A stretch of DNA of 53,875 nucleotides, counting the filler, from Sluysia triapertura (lineage: Eukaryota): NCBI GenBank assembly GCA_046118255.1. It is 4 parts of 4 records of this genome, joined end to end, with 100 filler letters (N's around TTAATTAATTAA, not from the genome) between each part and the next. Parts side by side here need not be neighbours in the genome. Positions count along the whole stretch, not along the records: positions 12,559 to 27,017 come from JBJNIA010258292.1; 3 more parts are not named here. One strand, given 5' to 3'. The notes beneath the pieces were generated by a model that searched no databases, had not been told where the DNA came from, and worked only from the letters and a program-made list of their open reading frames with translations. The position numbers and the translations under genes were made by a program. This document shows, one piece after another, positions 12,672-27,017 of the stretch. The stretch's first letter is position 1. Each line of letters opens with the position of its first letter.

Positions 12672-14083
12672 GTGTAAAGTATTATATTGTGTTTATCATA
12701 TAATAAAATCGTCGGTAAGCGTTTAGGCCACCACAAAATTTACCTTCAAATATTTCTAAATTACTTAACACGTTTTTAGTTTCACTTTTTTATATATTAT
12801 ATGTATCCAATGGTTGTATCCATTCTCATTTCTCAATGTCTATTCGATTTCAATAAATATAATGCATGCGTAAACATTACTTCGTTTAAATCAAGATTAT
12901 AACTATTATTATTCTAATTATTGTTTTTTATATTATCATTTTATAATTTTTCTTATTTTTATTTTTATCAATCTTATCATTATTGCTGTTATACAATAAT
13001 TTTGCTTTTTAATGTTTAAATATGTGATCAAAGAACAATATTTTTTAAATAATAATGGCAATAAAATTCGAGACGCCTTAAATTTATTATTTAATGGACA
13101 ATTTTGATGAACCAGTTTAAGTAATAGCCATGATCGTAATGTTGAGTATTAAATATGTATATTAATATTCTGTAAATAAATATAAATATAAAATTTAGTT
13201 ATTTAAATATTAAAACTTTAAATTGTTTTAAACGATGTAATTAAAATTAAAATGACAAATAGTTAAATATTGTTGTGATGAATCATTTTGAATAACAATT
13301 TATGTTTATTATTTATGACTTTTATACTTGAACAATTTATAAGTCATTTAAATATTTTGTAATATTTTGGATTTTATTAAATTTGATATTTTAATTATTT
13401 TGTAATTTGTAATATTTTGGATTTTATTTTATGAAATTAATGATAAGTGGATAAAATTTTAATAGTAAGTTATATTTTGATATTTTAAAATTAATATTTT
13501 AAGTAACTAATATTTTAAATTTTGTTTTAATCTTACTTAATCTTAAAATTAGGTCAAGGTTGACAGTTAGAAAACTATATAAGGTACCACAATCTTCATA
13601 AAAGACACAATAATAACAGTTTTAAATTGTTAATAAAAATTTTAATTACTCGCAGCAATAAAATCTTAATTCGTGGATCAATTTTGATAACTTAAATATA
13701 AAAACCTGACAGTTCAATTTTGAAGATTTCAAAAGAAGATTTTGGTTCATACTTTCTGAAAAAATACGATCTTTTAGCTTATTTTTATTAAGGGTGATAT
13801 TATTTAATATCAGTGCAAAATCAAGGAAAATTTATTAATTTAATATTTATGATCTTATCATAGATCATTGTAAAATCTTTTTTTAATTTATATTTGATAT
13901 TAAAAATTACATCGATAATTTATGCAAAATTTATATTTTTATTATTATGTTGCTATTTTCCTTTATATAAATAAATATTCAAGAAAAAACAAGTGTTGTG
14001 TTATAATATAAGAAATAAAATAATTTTTGATTAAAAAATTAAAGAATCCTCATTTTAAAGTTGAGTAGGATAATATTAGATTA

Positions 14084-14205
14084 CCTCCAGATTTCTAGTT
14101 AGGAAATCAATCGAAGTTTTGTGAATTTATTGAAGCATCTCTTCTTTTACGTTAAAATCCAACGTCTGGCTCTCGCTGGTAAGTCCAGTACGTTGGCGAA
14201 CTCAC
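14084..14205 (+). repeat. Dispersed structured motif, copy 5
   Basis: CCTCCAG at 14084; core AAAATCCAACGTCTGGCTCTCGCTGGTAAGTCCAGTACGTTGGCGAACTCAC. Confidence 0.92.
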
Positions 14206-14268
14206 AGCTTTAAATTTAAATTAATTATTAGCGTTTTATTCCCACAGTAAGATAATTTTTTATTTTGT

Positions 14269-15284
14269 TAGGTTGTCATCACAATCCTTAAAATGATGAT
14301 AAATTCGTGAGGAAAGCCATTTTCAGCTAAAGAAAATGATTTTATATAAAAAAAATACCTATTTCTAAAAAAGAAAATAATTGTTTTAAAACAGAAATCG
14401 AAAATTCTAGATTGTTCTGGAATTTTCGAGAACCTTCACTAGTTTTGATTAGTGTATATACTGGCATCACTTCACTTAGAATCTCAATTAATTTTTTCGA
14501 TTTAGCTTATTCGCCATTTAAAAAATTTATTCTTTATAGTAATTTTTAAAACAAATGACTAAGTTTTACATATTGTAAGGCAGATTTTACTCATTGAGTG
14601 TAAATCATAAAATTATAAATTTTAATACCGATTATCCCAATTTATACAAGGTTGTTGTTTCATCTGTTCCGAGAGAACGATAGAGGTAATATCTGAATAA
14701 AGCATAAGTTTTTGATAATTTGCTAAGCTTTAGTAATTATAATGACTAAACTGTAACAATAAAAAACTGTACATATATTGTAAATATGCATATAAATGTC
14801 CATGTTTACACATTTAAGACTAAAATTTTGATTTTTTTGATATTTCAATTTTAATCATATTTATTAATTAATCCTGGAAGTATTTAATAAGTATCGTGTT
14901 GTGGTTTAATCATGAGCAATCAGATTTTCAAATTTTGGGTATTTAATTCCAAAGCACGAGATTTTAAACGATAAGTTTTCCATTTATTAGGTTATCAAAA
15001 GTGTAACACTAAGATTTTGAGTTGATTTTAATATTTTAATATTAACAGTAAAACCACTTAAAAATGGAAAATACTTACTAATTTTATGAATCAAAAATAA
15101 TATTTTCAAAATGGCAGTTTGGTACTGATAATGAAAGTGTGATAATAAATTCACTTGTAAATTGTGTAGTGATTTTCAACTGAAGCTAGTCAGTGATCAA
15201 TCAAAATTCTAGAATTTTCCTTTTCATAAAATCACTTTCCTTTTTCGAAAGTTTATTATTTTAAAGAATTACGATAGCAACCTA
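14269..15284. mobile_element. Candidate ~1-kb non-autonomous TIR element (repeat family B, TTCTAGAA core)
   Basis: Imperfect inverted ends TAGGTTGTCATCACAATCCTTAAAAT and (rc) TAGGTTGCTATCGTAATTCTTTAAAAT, with inverted similarity extending ~150-200 bp. Related arms occur at ~8460-8580, ~42560-42680 and ~47520-47680. No TSD found. Confidence 0.55.
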
Positions 15285-18200
15285 GCAGACTTAATCTTGG
15301 TTACTATTAATGTTCAAAAATGGCGAATGATAAACTATACCATTTAATCTTAAAATAAACCTTTTTTTCAAATGATTTAAATAATAGACTAAATACGCTT
15401 TAATTAATTGTTTTCAAAATGCATTTTTATTTTTCCCTATGTTACTAATGTTATTTTCCATGTTTAGTTAATCTAAATATTTATTTGAACAGTTGTTTTA
15501 TTTATACAACTTTTTCTATTTCAACACTGCTGTACTGAAAAAGTAATGAATTTTGTTGATTAATACCAAAAATAGAAATTAATAATAATTTTATCAAGTA
15601 GAAAAAGTGAGTTGATTAATAAAAATTGAAGATTAAAATAGAAATAGCTATAGTTTAATTGTATTATATAAAATAAAACAAAATATAAAAATGGTCAAAC
15701 CAAACATAATAGATAAAATCTTCTGACATTTTAGGTATAAATCTGATTAGACAAGATTTACTATAAAACAATGCTATTCAAATGCTACCAAAGCTAAAAT
15801 GAATTATGCTTTGAAGTAAATCTTAAAATTTTATATGAAAAATAAAAATATCAAATCAAATAAGAAATAAAGAAATTCTTGACAATTTATCCAATGAATA
15901 TTTTATTAGTTAATATTAAATTTTAAATGAATTGAATATTTAATAAAACATTGCTTTATTTATTGATTTTATTTTGTTATTAATAAATTAATATAATTTA
16001 GTATTTATTCTGAATTCTGGGATTCACAATTTTTTAAATATTAAATAATAATACTTTAATTTGAGGTGCTAATAAAATATGTATATTGAATGTTTATAAA
16101 AATATAACATAATGTGTGCATTAATAATTAAAAAACTTACAATAAAAGCTACAAATGTGAATTTAACCAAAAAATAATTTATTCACTCAAAAGAAATATG
16201 CTTTTAATACCCAATGCAATATTGTGATGTTATTTCAACTATGGAATCTTTTATCGTGATATTTAATTCTTTTTAGGATTTGCATTTACTGAATCTTTCC
16301 ATTAAGAAATTAAATTTGCATCAGAATTCAAAAATGAAAAATAAAAGCATATGTCTCTTTTGCTCTATTAAATCCTTTATTGATTGTCCTTTATATTACT
16401 ATATGTAAGCTTTTTAAATTCACTATCAGTGTTTTATGACAAATTGATTACAACTTTCACTAATAAACGAAACATTTTGAGATTTATGGAAAACTATTAT
16501 ACATTTCTACTTTTCAGATTTGAAATACAGGATGAATTTTTCTTTTTAACGATAATTTTCTAGAAAAGAAACTCATCTTAAAACTAAATTTGTTTTTCTC
16601 AAAAAATAGTTTGAGTAAAAGTACCAAAATAAATTTTGCAAGTCCCGATGATATATGGAGTGTTTCTATTTGCTGGTATTAACGATGCACGCTTCAAGGA
16701 ATAAGAAACTAAATCCAGTACTCTATGATCAGTTCTTTAACTTTTAATTTTCTCTAATTATGTTGCCATTTTTTAAAATTATTAATGAATTTTCATCAAT
16801 CCAACATCTTTTTATTTCTGAGATAATTTGGGAGTCAATTAATTGCTTTTGCCTTGTTGTGAATAAGAGTTTATTTTGAACAGACATTAATTACACTACT
16901 ATTTGTCGTATATCTAAAGGTCTACCAAAATTTTGTACTTTCTTTAAGTTGCTTTCTTTCTACATTTGTTAATTCAGTCTTGATTTGTATCAATGTTTAT
17001 TTTTATTAAATAAAATAAATTTTATTATGAATAAAAAATGATTAAATTAAATTTTATTTACTAAATGTTATGTAATATCAATTAAATGAATAATTTATAA
17101 AATCTATCTTAATTAATTAAAATCACATTATATTTGTAATAATTTTTGAATAAAGTTTATTTCGTAAATCATTCACAGTAAGAAAAATAAATTACTACTA
17201 TTTCAATAGTTATTTTATAATATTACGTTAAATTAGTTGTCCAGGTGACTTTATAGATCATATGTATTACATAAATTGTTTTTAGCTAAATCTTTATTTT
17301 TATGCCAATCATTTTAATTTACTTTTTGATTGATTTTTAAATCAACAAACAATATGTAAATAATTTTTTTAAATGTACTATTGTTATATATTACAAATAC
17401 GATTTTTTTAATGCATTTAAGTTTTAATCACGATATATGGAATATGTTATAGTAAAACAGTAAAACTAAAAATAAATACATAAAAATAATCAAGATTAAA
17501 TCAATAAAATCAATTTACCATATGTAAATTAAAAAAATAATCTATAAAATAATTTTATTATTAAGCGTTTTTATTTTTAAATTATTTTAATATATATAAA
17601 AATATTATTATTTTAATATATAATAATAAATTATTTTAATATATATCATAATTATTAGTCTAAGATCAATTCATATGGAAAATTAATTTTAAATAATAGC
17701 ATTAAAAATGTCAAAGTATAAATTTTCTTTCATGAAGTGCTTAAAACAAAATCCTAATGTATTTTCAAAAGTTTTTTCAGAAATTTATAAAAAGGTTTAC
17801 TTTCAGTGTCTGAAATATTGCAAAGAAATACATTTTGAAATATGTTTTCAATTTTATTTTGATTGTAAATATAAATCAAGACTAGAATGTTGCCTTAAAG
17901 ATAATAATTATTATAAAATTATTATAAATTATTATAAACCATTTCTAATAATAGGTAGTTGTTTTCTCTATTTGGCTGTCGTTGTGCTGAAATTTATTTT
18001 AAGTCATGCCTTTTTAAATAAGGCTTAAAATAAACATAAAAATAAAAACAAATAATAACAATATTTAAAAGATTCAAACTTTTAATTACTAAAATTTTTT
18101 AAAATATCTCTTTTTCGAACTTATACATACATGCGTTGATTAAGATATTAATTATTTAGTTAATTTTGTTTATTATTTAATTTTAAGGGAATTAATTTAG

Positions 18201-18902
18201 TGTGCTAGAGATCATGGGACGTATATCAGATTTTAAGATGACTGCTACAATTGCTATGTAACGTGTTAAGTTACATTCATTAGCATATCTAAAATTGATA
18301 CAATATAAACGATTGATAATCTTCTTAAAATATAGTTAATTTAACCGAGACTTTAGCATAAAATCATGTATAAAAACTTTCGCTCATTTATAAGACTGGC
18401 AACAGGCAAGGTAATACATTCTTGTCATTCTTGATTGTAAGGTTTAAAAACATTAATTAAAAAACCCATTGGATGTTACTAATTGTTTGCATTTTATGTT
18501 TATATTCTGATAAATTATAGTAACGATATCTTTTCTTTTGCAGTTTATTTATTTTCAAATTATTTTATAATATAATATATTCCTTTATTTTTATCTTTTT
18601 AAATAAATAATTTAATTCAACGAATGTTTAGTAAACCAAATTATTTGCTTTCAGGAATGATTATTAAATATAATTTTTACATTTGTGTCGCTTTTAATAA
18701 TGTAAAATTTAAAATTTTACTGGCACTCTGGGATCTGATCTAGATTCAACATGTGTTTTTAATAAAAAATTTAAATTTAGATTTGATGTCAATAAACATG
18801 AGTTTTAATTAATTGATATGAATTTCGAATGTATTGATTGGTTTGTTTTATCACTTTATATTTTATAATTTTAGTTTTACATACAACTTTAGGGAAAAAT
18901 AA

Positions 18903-18945
<43 letters not shown>
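18903..18945. repeat. (ATT)n microsatellite
   Basis: About 14 perfect ATT units. Confidence 0.95.
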
Positions 18946-18949
<4 letters not shown>

Positions 18950-21468
18950 ATATCTCATACAACCATAAAATGAAAAAATTTCTTCAACACACTTTAACAC
19001 AAATGAAATATTATTAAACGAAATACACAATAATTACCAATCGAATCCATGCAAACTTGTGAATAAACACCACCCTTATGTTTCATTTCAAGTGATTGGG
19101 ACGAATATTAAAATGATTATATTGTTCGTATCATCATTGCAACATATCCACAATATTGGTTTCATCATTCATTTTGATGAATGCACTTGTAAAACATTTG
19201 GTACCGTAATATTAAAATAGTTCATATTGAAATTGAACTGATAATGTAAATGCGAATGTAACTTTCGTCCAAAAACACATTTCATGGGAATTGCATATTC
19301 TTGGCTTATTATATTTATATTCTATTGCCTCAAAATGAATCAACAATAACAATATTTTGTAATAATATAACGATAATAAAATAAATTTATAATAATTAAA
19401 CTTCGTTGGATAATAAAACCTTGAATTTCGAATATTAAAACGTCGTATAATTAAAATAATTAAACCTTGTTGGATAAGAAAAGACAAAACCTTTTGAATA
19501 ATAAAATAAAACATCGTAATAAATTAGTAATAAAACTAAACCATTAGTTACTTAATTTCGTTACATTGAATATATCGCTATATATTTATTTTAGTTATTT
19601 GTATATTTACATCAGTATAATTTATTCGTAATCATATTTTAGTGAAAAAGTAAATTTCAGCAGTTCTTTTATGTATCTGGAATTTTTGAAAAGAAAGTAA
19701 AGTGAAAAGTACATTAAAGTTATTGTTTTCGGGTGTATGATTTATACACAGTTCAACTCATTTGTGTGGCAAGTTTCATTTCCAGAGGAGTACTTAAAGA
19801 AGTTAATTATATTAAGAACAGTTAAATATAACTACAAAGTTAATTTTTAATTACAAATTTTAACTGATAAATGAGAAAATAAAACTTTTGCGTACATAAT
19901 TTACAATTAAAAAGCGTTGATATTGATCAAATTGAATTTAGACCCTTTTAAATACTAGAATTAGTTATGAGATGAATTGTATAAGTACGCCTCTCGAAAA
20001 CAGCATAAATAGTCCACAATAAGCTTCAGATTATTTTTTGAGTAGTTTTCCTTTTTAATGGAAACACCTTCATTTATACAAAAATGAAAAATATCTATGC
20101 ATCAACAAAGAAATCATTTTATTATATTAGTCATTTTAAATTTAATCAATGCAAATTAAATGATTATTCATAGGTTATTTTTGTAAATGATAAATGCAAA
20201 GTTATGAGTTACAAAAACCAATAGAAAATATTCTGTATCTAATCAGAATTCAAATTCATACAAACTTGTATGACCGCATTTAGAATGGACAAAACATTGA
20301 ATTTATACAAGCTATCATCTAATCTTGGAATCTAGTACAATTTCTCAATAAATAAATTACTTGTATCGAAAATGGTTAATAAAAATCATGGAACGGAGAA
20401 ATTACAATATTATGCCACCTAATAAATGGAATTCTGTTTCAGTGTAATTTTATTTTGTTTAATATCTTGAGTTAAAATATTGGCGTTGACCTTTACTATA
20501 GGTTAATTAAAATTAAATAAATACCAATAACATTTTTTAATACCAATCTCAGAAAAGAAACCCAAAACTTTATATAAACTAATATAAACCAACATAAAAT
20601 TAATACCATTATACCAATAGGTCAAAACCAATGTTACTGGCACCAAATTCAAATTTAAGCTGACCGCTCTAGATCACTATTTTCACAAATAACTCATTTG
20701 CTAATTTTAGCTGTGTGAATATTTTCTATAAACTATACTTTGTACTTTTATTATATAACCTTTGTATTTGTGATCAAATTTTCATTTTCGAATTAATCTT
20801 TAATTATCGATATGGTTTATTCAGTATCAGATAAAATTTTGACCCTCCGCAAATATAAAAATTATGTATGTAACCTGAATTCTTCATATAAGCTTATATT
20901 GCTGAAAAAGAAGCATTTTTGTACCCTTAAAAGAATAAAATTATCAATAATAATTAAAGACTAAACGACTTTTATTATTTCTGATTTTATTTTAACACTT
21001 GGTGCGGGACTTATGGGTGCAGCAGACGTTTCTTGATGTGTCTCGCAGGAGTTTGATCATAGAGTAAAATCATCAAAAGACCAACTAACTCGACAAATGA
21101 AACCTCTGGGAATAAACAATTTATAGAGTTACCTAGCAACACAAAAACAGAAATAAAATGCTAATAATATTTATACGATATTCGCTGTTTCGCTCTCCAG
21201 TAGCAGACTGGGAAAAACGTAAAAGAAGGTTGTGAAGAATTTCATAGATACATTGTTTGTCAAGTATCATAACAATATGTAGTTTTGCTGCGTTTGATAA
21301 AACATATCCCTACAATTTCAAAGTAATATTTACAAAAGCGTGTTTATCTTTAATCTACTGATTTCTATTGTGATAATATTCAAGTGTAGATTTTGTATTT
21401 TGCTCTTGCAGTTATAATTGTGGGGAAAGCAAAGTAAAGATGCGATAGGATAAAGCAAAAGTTTTAAC

Positions 21469-21614
21469 GTGAGTCCACCAACATACTGGACTTACCAGTT
21501 AGGGCCAGCCGTTGGATTTATAAAAGATTTTTAAAACTGAAGTGATTTCTTAAAAGAGTCTTACTACAAGGACTCCGTATTTTAATTATTTTATTCAGTG
21601 AAATTTTCTGGAGG
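21469..21614 (-). repeat. Dispersed structured motif, copy 6
   Basis: Reverse-complement core AAATCCAACGGCTGGCCCTAACTGGTAAGTCCAGTATGTTGGTGGACTCAC; CTGGAGG at 21608-21614. Confidence 0.92.
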
Positions 21615-23479
21615 CATTTAAATATTCAAATTTAATTATTTATAAATCAGCTAATGTCATATTGATAGTTTACATGGATTCTGTGAATAAAGATCTTTAA
21701 TAAATAGTTTACGAGGTTATAATTAAAATCTAACAAGGGAAATCTTTCTGAAGTATAAATTTTATATTTAAAACTATTTAATTTAATAACAACTTTATAG
21801 AAATTTTATTAGACAATTAAAGATATAAGGATATAATAAATTACACAAATTGGATAATAATGAAATGTATTACGATGGAATTATTTATTATAATTCGATA
21901 TCATGAAATTTTAATGATAGATTTTGCGGGGTCTATTATAAAATCCAAACAATTATTAAATAATTTTAGTGGATTTTATGAGGATATCTCTTGGATATTC
22001 AAACCTTAATAAAAATAAACTAATTATTTAACAAAAGTATCTAGCAAAGTAGGAGTTTGAATGTACTGCTGCGTTCCAACGATTACAGAAATCCTGATAA
22101 AAATTATGTCTTAACAAGCTGAAAAATCTGCGTCAAAAAATCCAATCAATTAAAAATTGCGAAATGAATATCGTATCTTTACAAGTTGTAAAAAATTGTG
22201 AGATAGCATGATTTATGCATTCCTTATTTATAAATTTTATTGACCTTGGCCAGATCATTCTTTTAAAACAAAATTTAAAATTCAATTTAATAAAACAAAA
22301 TATGTATAGATTTTTTAAAAATAATTAATATTTACAATAAAAATTCAATATATATTTAACGTACTGTTAATAAAAATAATAGTCCCGAATAAATATCCAA
22401 AATTAATTCTTTAATTCCGTATCAACATCAATAAATTATAAAATCATATAAAACTCATATAATACAAAAGTCCTTTAATTCTAAAAATTTATGAAATCAA
22501 CATCAATAAATTATAAAATTATCAATATCATTAATTTACATCAAGGTCAAAATATCATCGTTAATTTTATATCATCATTAATTTTACATTACATATTTAT
22601 AGATTGATATAATTAAAAGAATTTTTCTCATACTTACAAATAACACATGATAACAAATATTTTTGTCTATCACTTATAAACATCTAATTATTGTTTTATC
22701 GTGCATAAAGAAATTCTTAGTACATATGAATGAAATTAATAAGTCTTGGTTCTTAAAACACCTATGACCATTGGTTAATTATTAAAATTGTTTTTAGGTA
22801 GCCTTAGGTTCCTGGCAATCAATAAATATACTTATTTCGATTTGTAAATAAATAGATTTAATTTAATACTAAAATTTCATAATAAAATATGTTTTGTTTA
22901 TTTTAAATTAAAATTTTGATAAACAAAATGGTAACACATTTTATTCATATTTAACTTAAATACATTTTAATTATTTTTATGAATAAACAAATTTGCAAAA
23001 TATGTAATACATGCAAAATATATAAAACTTATTAATATTTTAACAAAATATATTTTTTATCTAAATTTATTTAACTTACAAAAATGTATTATAAAATTGC
23101 CATCAAATAATTTTATCGTTAAAATAACGTCAACAGTTAGGTAGTGGTTTTAGTATGTTATTTTAATCTAAGCAATGGAAATATTTGATATTAATATTAA
23201 AAGTGTTGTAACATTTATTACTTTTATAAAACAAATTTCTATTCAATGTTATTCTGTTTTTCGTGAATGTGAAAGAATAATATAAATGAATCTAGTAGTA
23301 TTGAAACTATTATAAAAAATTAGAATCCTTAAAAAAAGAAAAATTACGATAATGAAAAAATAATTTGCTGATAAAAATAAAGTGACATTTGTAAATCATT
23401 GGGTGATTCAATGTTGTGAAAATAATAGTAAATGAATAATTAAATATTATATATTTAAATCATTATTTATTTATTTATA

Positions 23480-25252
23480 AAGTAGAACTGAAGATTAAAA
23501 ATTCTATCTGGTATAAAATGACTGAATACAGAAATGTGGTGGCTCATTATATTACAAAAATAATATTATAATATAATACGAAAACAATGAAAATACATTC
23601 AATGCTTTATTAAAAATCGGTAATTTTGGTTTGTTTAAGTGAATTTCTCAACGACTTTTTAATTTCATCTCGAATTTTTCTTAAAGATATAGTCGAAGCT
23701 CCATTGATCGACATATTCTAGTATCGATAGAAGTCAGTGCTGTGTCGTGACTAATACGATTGGTAATATATTCTACCTCGCTTTCATTTTCATTTGGATC
23801 AGATGAATCAAATTCCATCCATTTCTCAATATTTTGGTCATCAACATTTTCAAAGCCATTTAAATTCTTCATTAGTTCACATAATTCTGAAAAGTTTCAT
23901 ATTTCGAGTTCGGTAGAGTCCGAAACATTACTTCCTATATTTGACAAAATTTTCAACCACGATCGAACTAGTGTTATTGATTTAATTTTGTTCCAAGATT
24001 TAACAACTCCATATATTGCATCCAACATTGTCATTTTTTTCATAAATTCATTAAATTATCATTCTCGCTGCAAAAGCTTCTAAGGAGATCATTGCATTTC
24101 ATTAAAGAGATAACTCCTTGATCCACAAGTTGAATTAATTTTTACATTTTTGCGGCTATGAGATCGTCGTCTGTTTTCAGTATGCTTTCATTTGGATGAC
24201 AAGAAGCATTATCTAATAACAGTAATGCCTTATGTGGCAATCCTTTACTTTTTAAAAAAACTCAAATTTTTAAACTAATGTTCAAAGATTCTTCTGTCCA
24301 TCCATGCTTCTTTTTGATTGTATTAGTCAACAGGATGATTCTTTATTTCTGTTCCTTTAGATGATCTTGGCTTTTTTGCGTTTCCAATCACAAGAAGTTT
24401 CATTTTATGAGTTCTGGAAGCATTGCTACAGCAAATGATTTTGATACGTTCTTTAGATGATTTATGACCTCAAGTCGATCATTCATTAGACGAAGCAATT
24501 GTTTTTGTAGGCAAATACTTTCAGTATAAGCCTGTCTTATCGCATTATATATTTGGTCGGGTTTCAAATTATTTGCTTGAACATATTCCTCAAATTAAAT
24601 CCGGAATTTAGTAGCGGCGTTCTCCTTGGATTGAAAGCTCACGGATACCATGACGTTTCTTAAATATGGTTAGCCATCCATAAGATGCGTTAAAGTCGCT
24701 TTGTAATCCCAATAAATCATAAAAGAATTCGGCTTTATGTGCAATTACAGAGCATGTAATTGGCATTCCTGCCATTCGTTTTTAATCAAACTATTTAAGC
24801 ATAGCTGTATCAAAATGTCTTAATATGATGATATTTTCATACTTTTCCGAGTTGAAGGACCTGCATTACTATCACAGTCTCTTCTAAACTCCTTTTTTGC
24901 TTAATTATACCCAGAACTGTTTGAGAATCAACTCTGTATTCTTACGAAAGTTTCGATGTGGATTTACCATTTTCACTCATTTCAATTAACTGAAGTTTTT
25001 GTTTCACAGTCAGTACGACTCTTTTGCGATTTGATATTGAAATAGAATATTTTTCTAAAATAAAATTTACTTTTTATTAAAATTTTAAACCTAAAGAAAA
25101 ATAAAAATTCATACCGGTAAATCAATAGCAAATCAATAAGATTAAAATTTTCCTTCTTAAAATAAATAGATGCGTATTTATTTAAACAATCATGCATTTT
25201 CTAAATATTATCCACGGATAATCTGCGCAAAGATGATCGGGATTTTATTATA
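23480..25252 (-). mobile_element. Decayed Tigger/jerky-type pogo DNA transposon
   Basis: Minus-strand motifs: CENP-B HTH FNASYGWLTIFKKRHGIR (~24640-24695), frameshifted NAD.TGLY, SKERIKIICCSNASRTHKMKLLVIGNAKKPR (~24365-24455) and DDE_1 GLPHKALLLLDNASCHP (~24190-24243). Degenerate TIR-like ends lie near 23481 and 25250. Many stops and frameshifts; boundaries approximate. Confidence 0.9.
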
Positions 25253-26429
25253 GTTACGTTTTTGTTTTTCTAGTCCTACTTTAAATAAATTTTTTAAAAA
25301 TTTAATTCTGATTAAAATTTTAATTATTATAAGGTATTTTAAACCTAAAGAAAAATAAACAATACATGAACAGCTATTGAACATGAATACACGCAATACC
25401 AAAAGGAATTGCTTCGTGATGTGTGCGTTTTCATTGCTTTGTGTTATAAGCAGTGTCTCGACCAAAATAAGTCGTTTTGTGAACATACAGAGGCAAAACA
25501 ACAAAATGATGTTTGCAAATTCTTTTACATTTCGAATTTTAATAAACACTTACTTTACCATTGCGTACGTATTTTTTGGGATATTAATACTATAAACCTA
25601 AAACTTATAACTAAATTGATAAAATGGTTTGAAAATAAGTCAGAATTTATCATTATAAGTAATAAAAATATTTACAGTGTTAAAACAAATGATAGAAATA
25701 ACACACGTACTAATGGTGCGAAATATAGGATGTTATATGAATTAGAAATGAACATGGAAGAAAATATTAATTACATTACATAAAAATATAAATACTAATT
25801 AAAGAAATGTAAGAAATTTATTAAACAAACTGTTCATTCATTGATAATTAATATAATAATTGATTGTTATAAAGGAGTACTGTACTCAGTTTTATGCAAA
25901 AAAGTGCAATTATTATTGAATTAGTCAGCAAAAATAATTTTCCAATGAAAAAGATCACACATAATACTTGCGATTACTAGTATATCAGTTATTGTTATTT
26001 GTAGTTATATTATACTATATTGTTTATTATTATTGTTATTATTACTGCTTTATTTAAGCGCTTTTGAGTACCTATTTTATATTAGATATGAGATCTGTAA
26101 AAATTATTATATTATTCCTATTGTTAAAAAATTAATTTTGCACTTTTAAAATTCACACTGTTAAGTATAAATTCCGTAATCTGATTACGCAGTCGTTATT
26201 AAGTTACTTGACTCAAATAACTAGAGTCAAGGTTGAAGTTCTTTTTGTCCGTATGGGCAGTTAGAGTAAGTTATGTATAACCAAAATAATCTACTAACTT
26301 TTATTACCTAATATGACTAAGCCATAGCAATAAAACAATACATACTTTGTAACTATACAGATAAACATTTGTGTTTATGTGCATAGGATTGAAATTTTGA
26401 ATTTGGATATTGTATGTTTAATTATATTT

Positions 26430-26525
26430 GGTGTTCTCTTAATATTTACCCTACAACAAAATAGAAATTAAACATGGTACGGTTACATTAAACGTCTTAT
26501 GTCGTAAATGGGGCATTCCTATAAA
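26430..26525 (-). repeat. Repeat family C, copy 1 (adjacent to motif copy 7)
   Basis: Reverse complement TTATAGGAATGCCCCATTTACGACATAAGACGTTTAATGTAACCG aligns with TTATAGGAACGTCCTTTTTACGACATATGACGTTTTCTGTAACCG at 43285. Confidence 0.8.
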
Positions 26526-26567
26526 TCTGTGAGAATAATAAAAGCAAAGTTTATTTAAAAACTTATT

Positions 26568-26667
26568 GTGAGTTCACCAACGTACTGGACTTTAATGTAA
26601 AGTAAGAGTTTAACTAAGTTCGTTTAACAATATAAATCGATGTCAGTTATATGTCTCAAATCTGGAG
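26568..26667 (-). repeat. Dispersed structured motif, copy 7 (5' half of the hairpin deleted)
   Basis: GTGAGTTCACCAACGTACTGGACTT at 26568; CTGGAG at 26662. Confidence 0.85.
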
Positions 26668-27017
26668 TTGTACTATCTGTATTCAAAAAATAATTTATTA
26701 AATATTAAAAATTTAAATGAGATTACGTAAATCCCGTTATACGGGATCAATCAAAGAGATATTACTTACTAGAATTACAATCTAGTGTTTGAAAACTGAT
26801 TAGGTATTTTAAAGATTTTATAATAAATAAAAGAAAATAATTTAATTATTCAATAATTTATTTATTAAATAATACAAAATTAACAATATAAAAGTGATGA
26901 TATAATATAAATTTTGCCTTTAACTAGGTATAACTAGTTTCACAATGTTCAATAAATTTTAAAAATTGATTTTACTTTGAACCCTTATATGGTTCAGTTA
27001 TATATTAAAAATTTTAA

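Noticed and set aside
16150-17000. Possible decayed coding sequence
   Set aside because: No sustained frame or recognisable motif.
17708-19514. ORFs 17708-18028 and 19212-19514 (likewise 24982-25783, 29152-29493, 33251-33460, 36522-36773, 44784-45005, 52832-53029)
   Set aside because: F/I/L/K/N/Y-rich translations expected by chance in very AT-rich DNA, with no motifs.
21469-21519. Motif as a pistol, twister or HDV-like ribozyme
   Set aside because: Only short word matches (GUUAGGGCCA, CCUCGCUGG, GGAGG). The required pseudoknot partners are absent or on the opposite strand.
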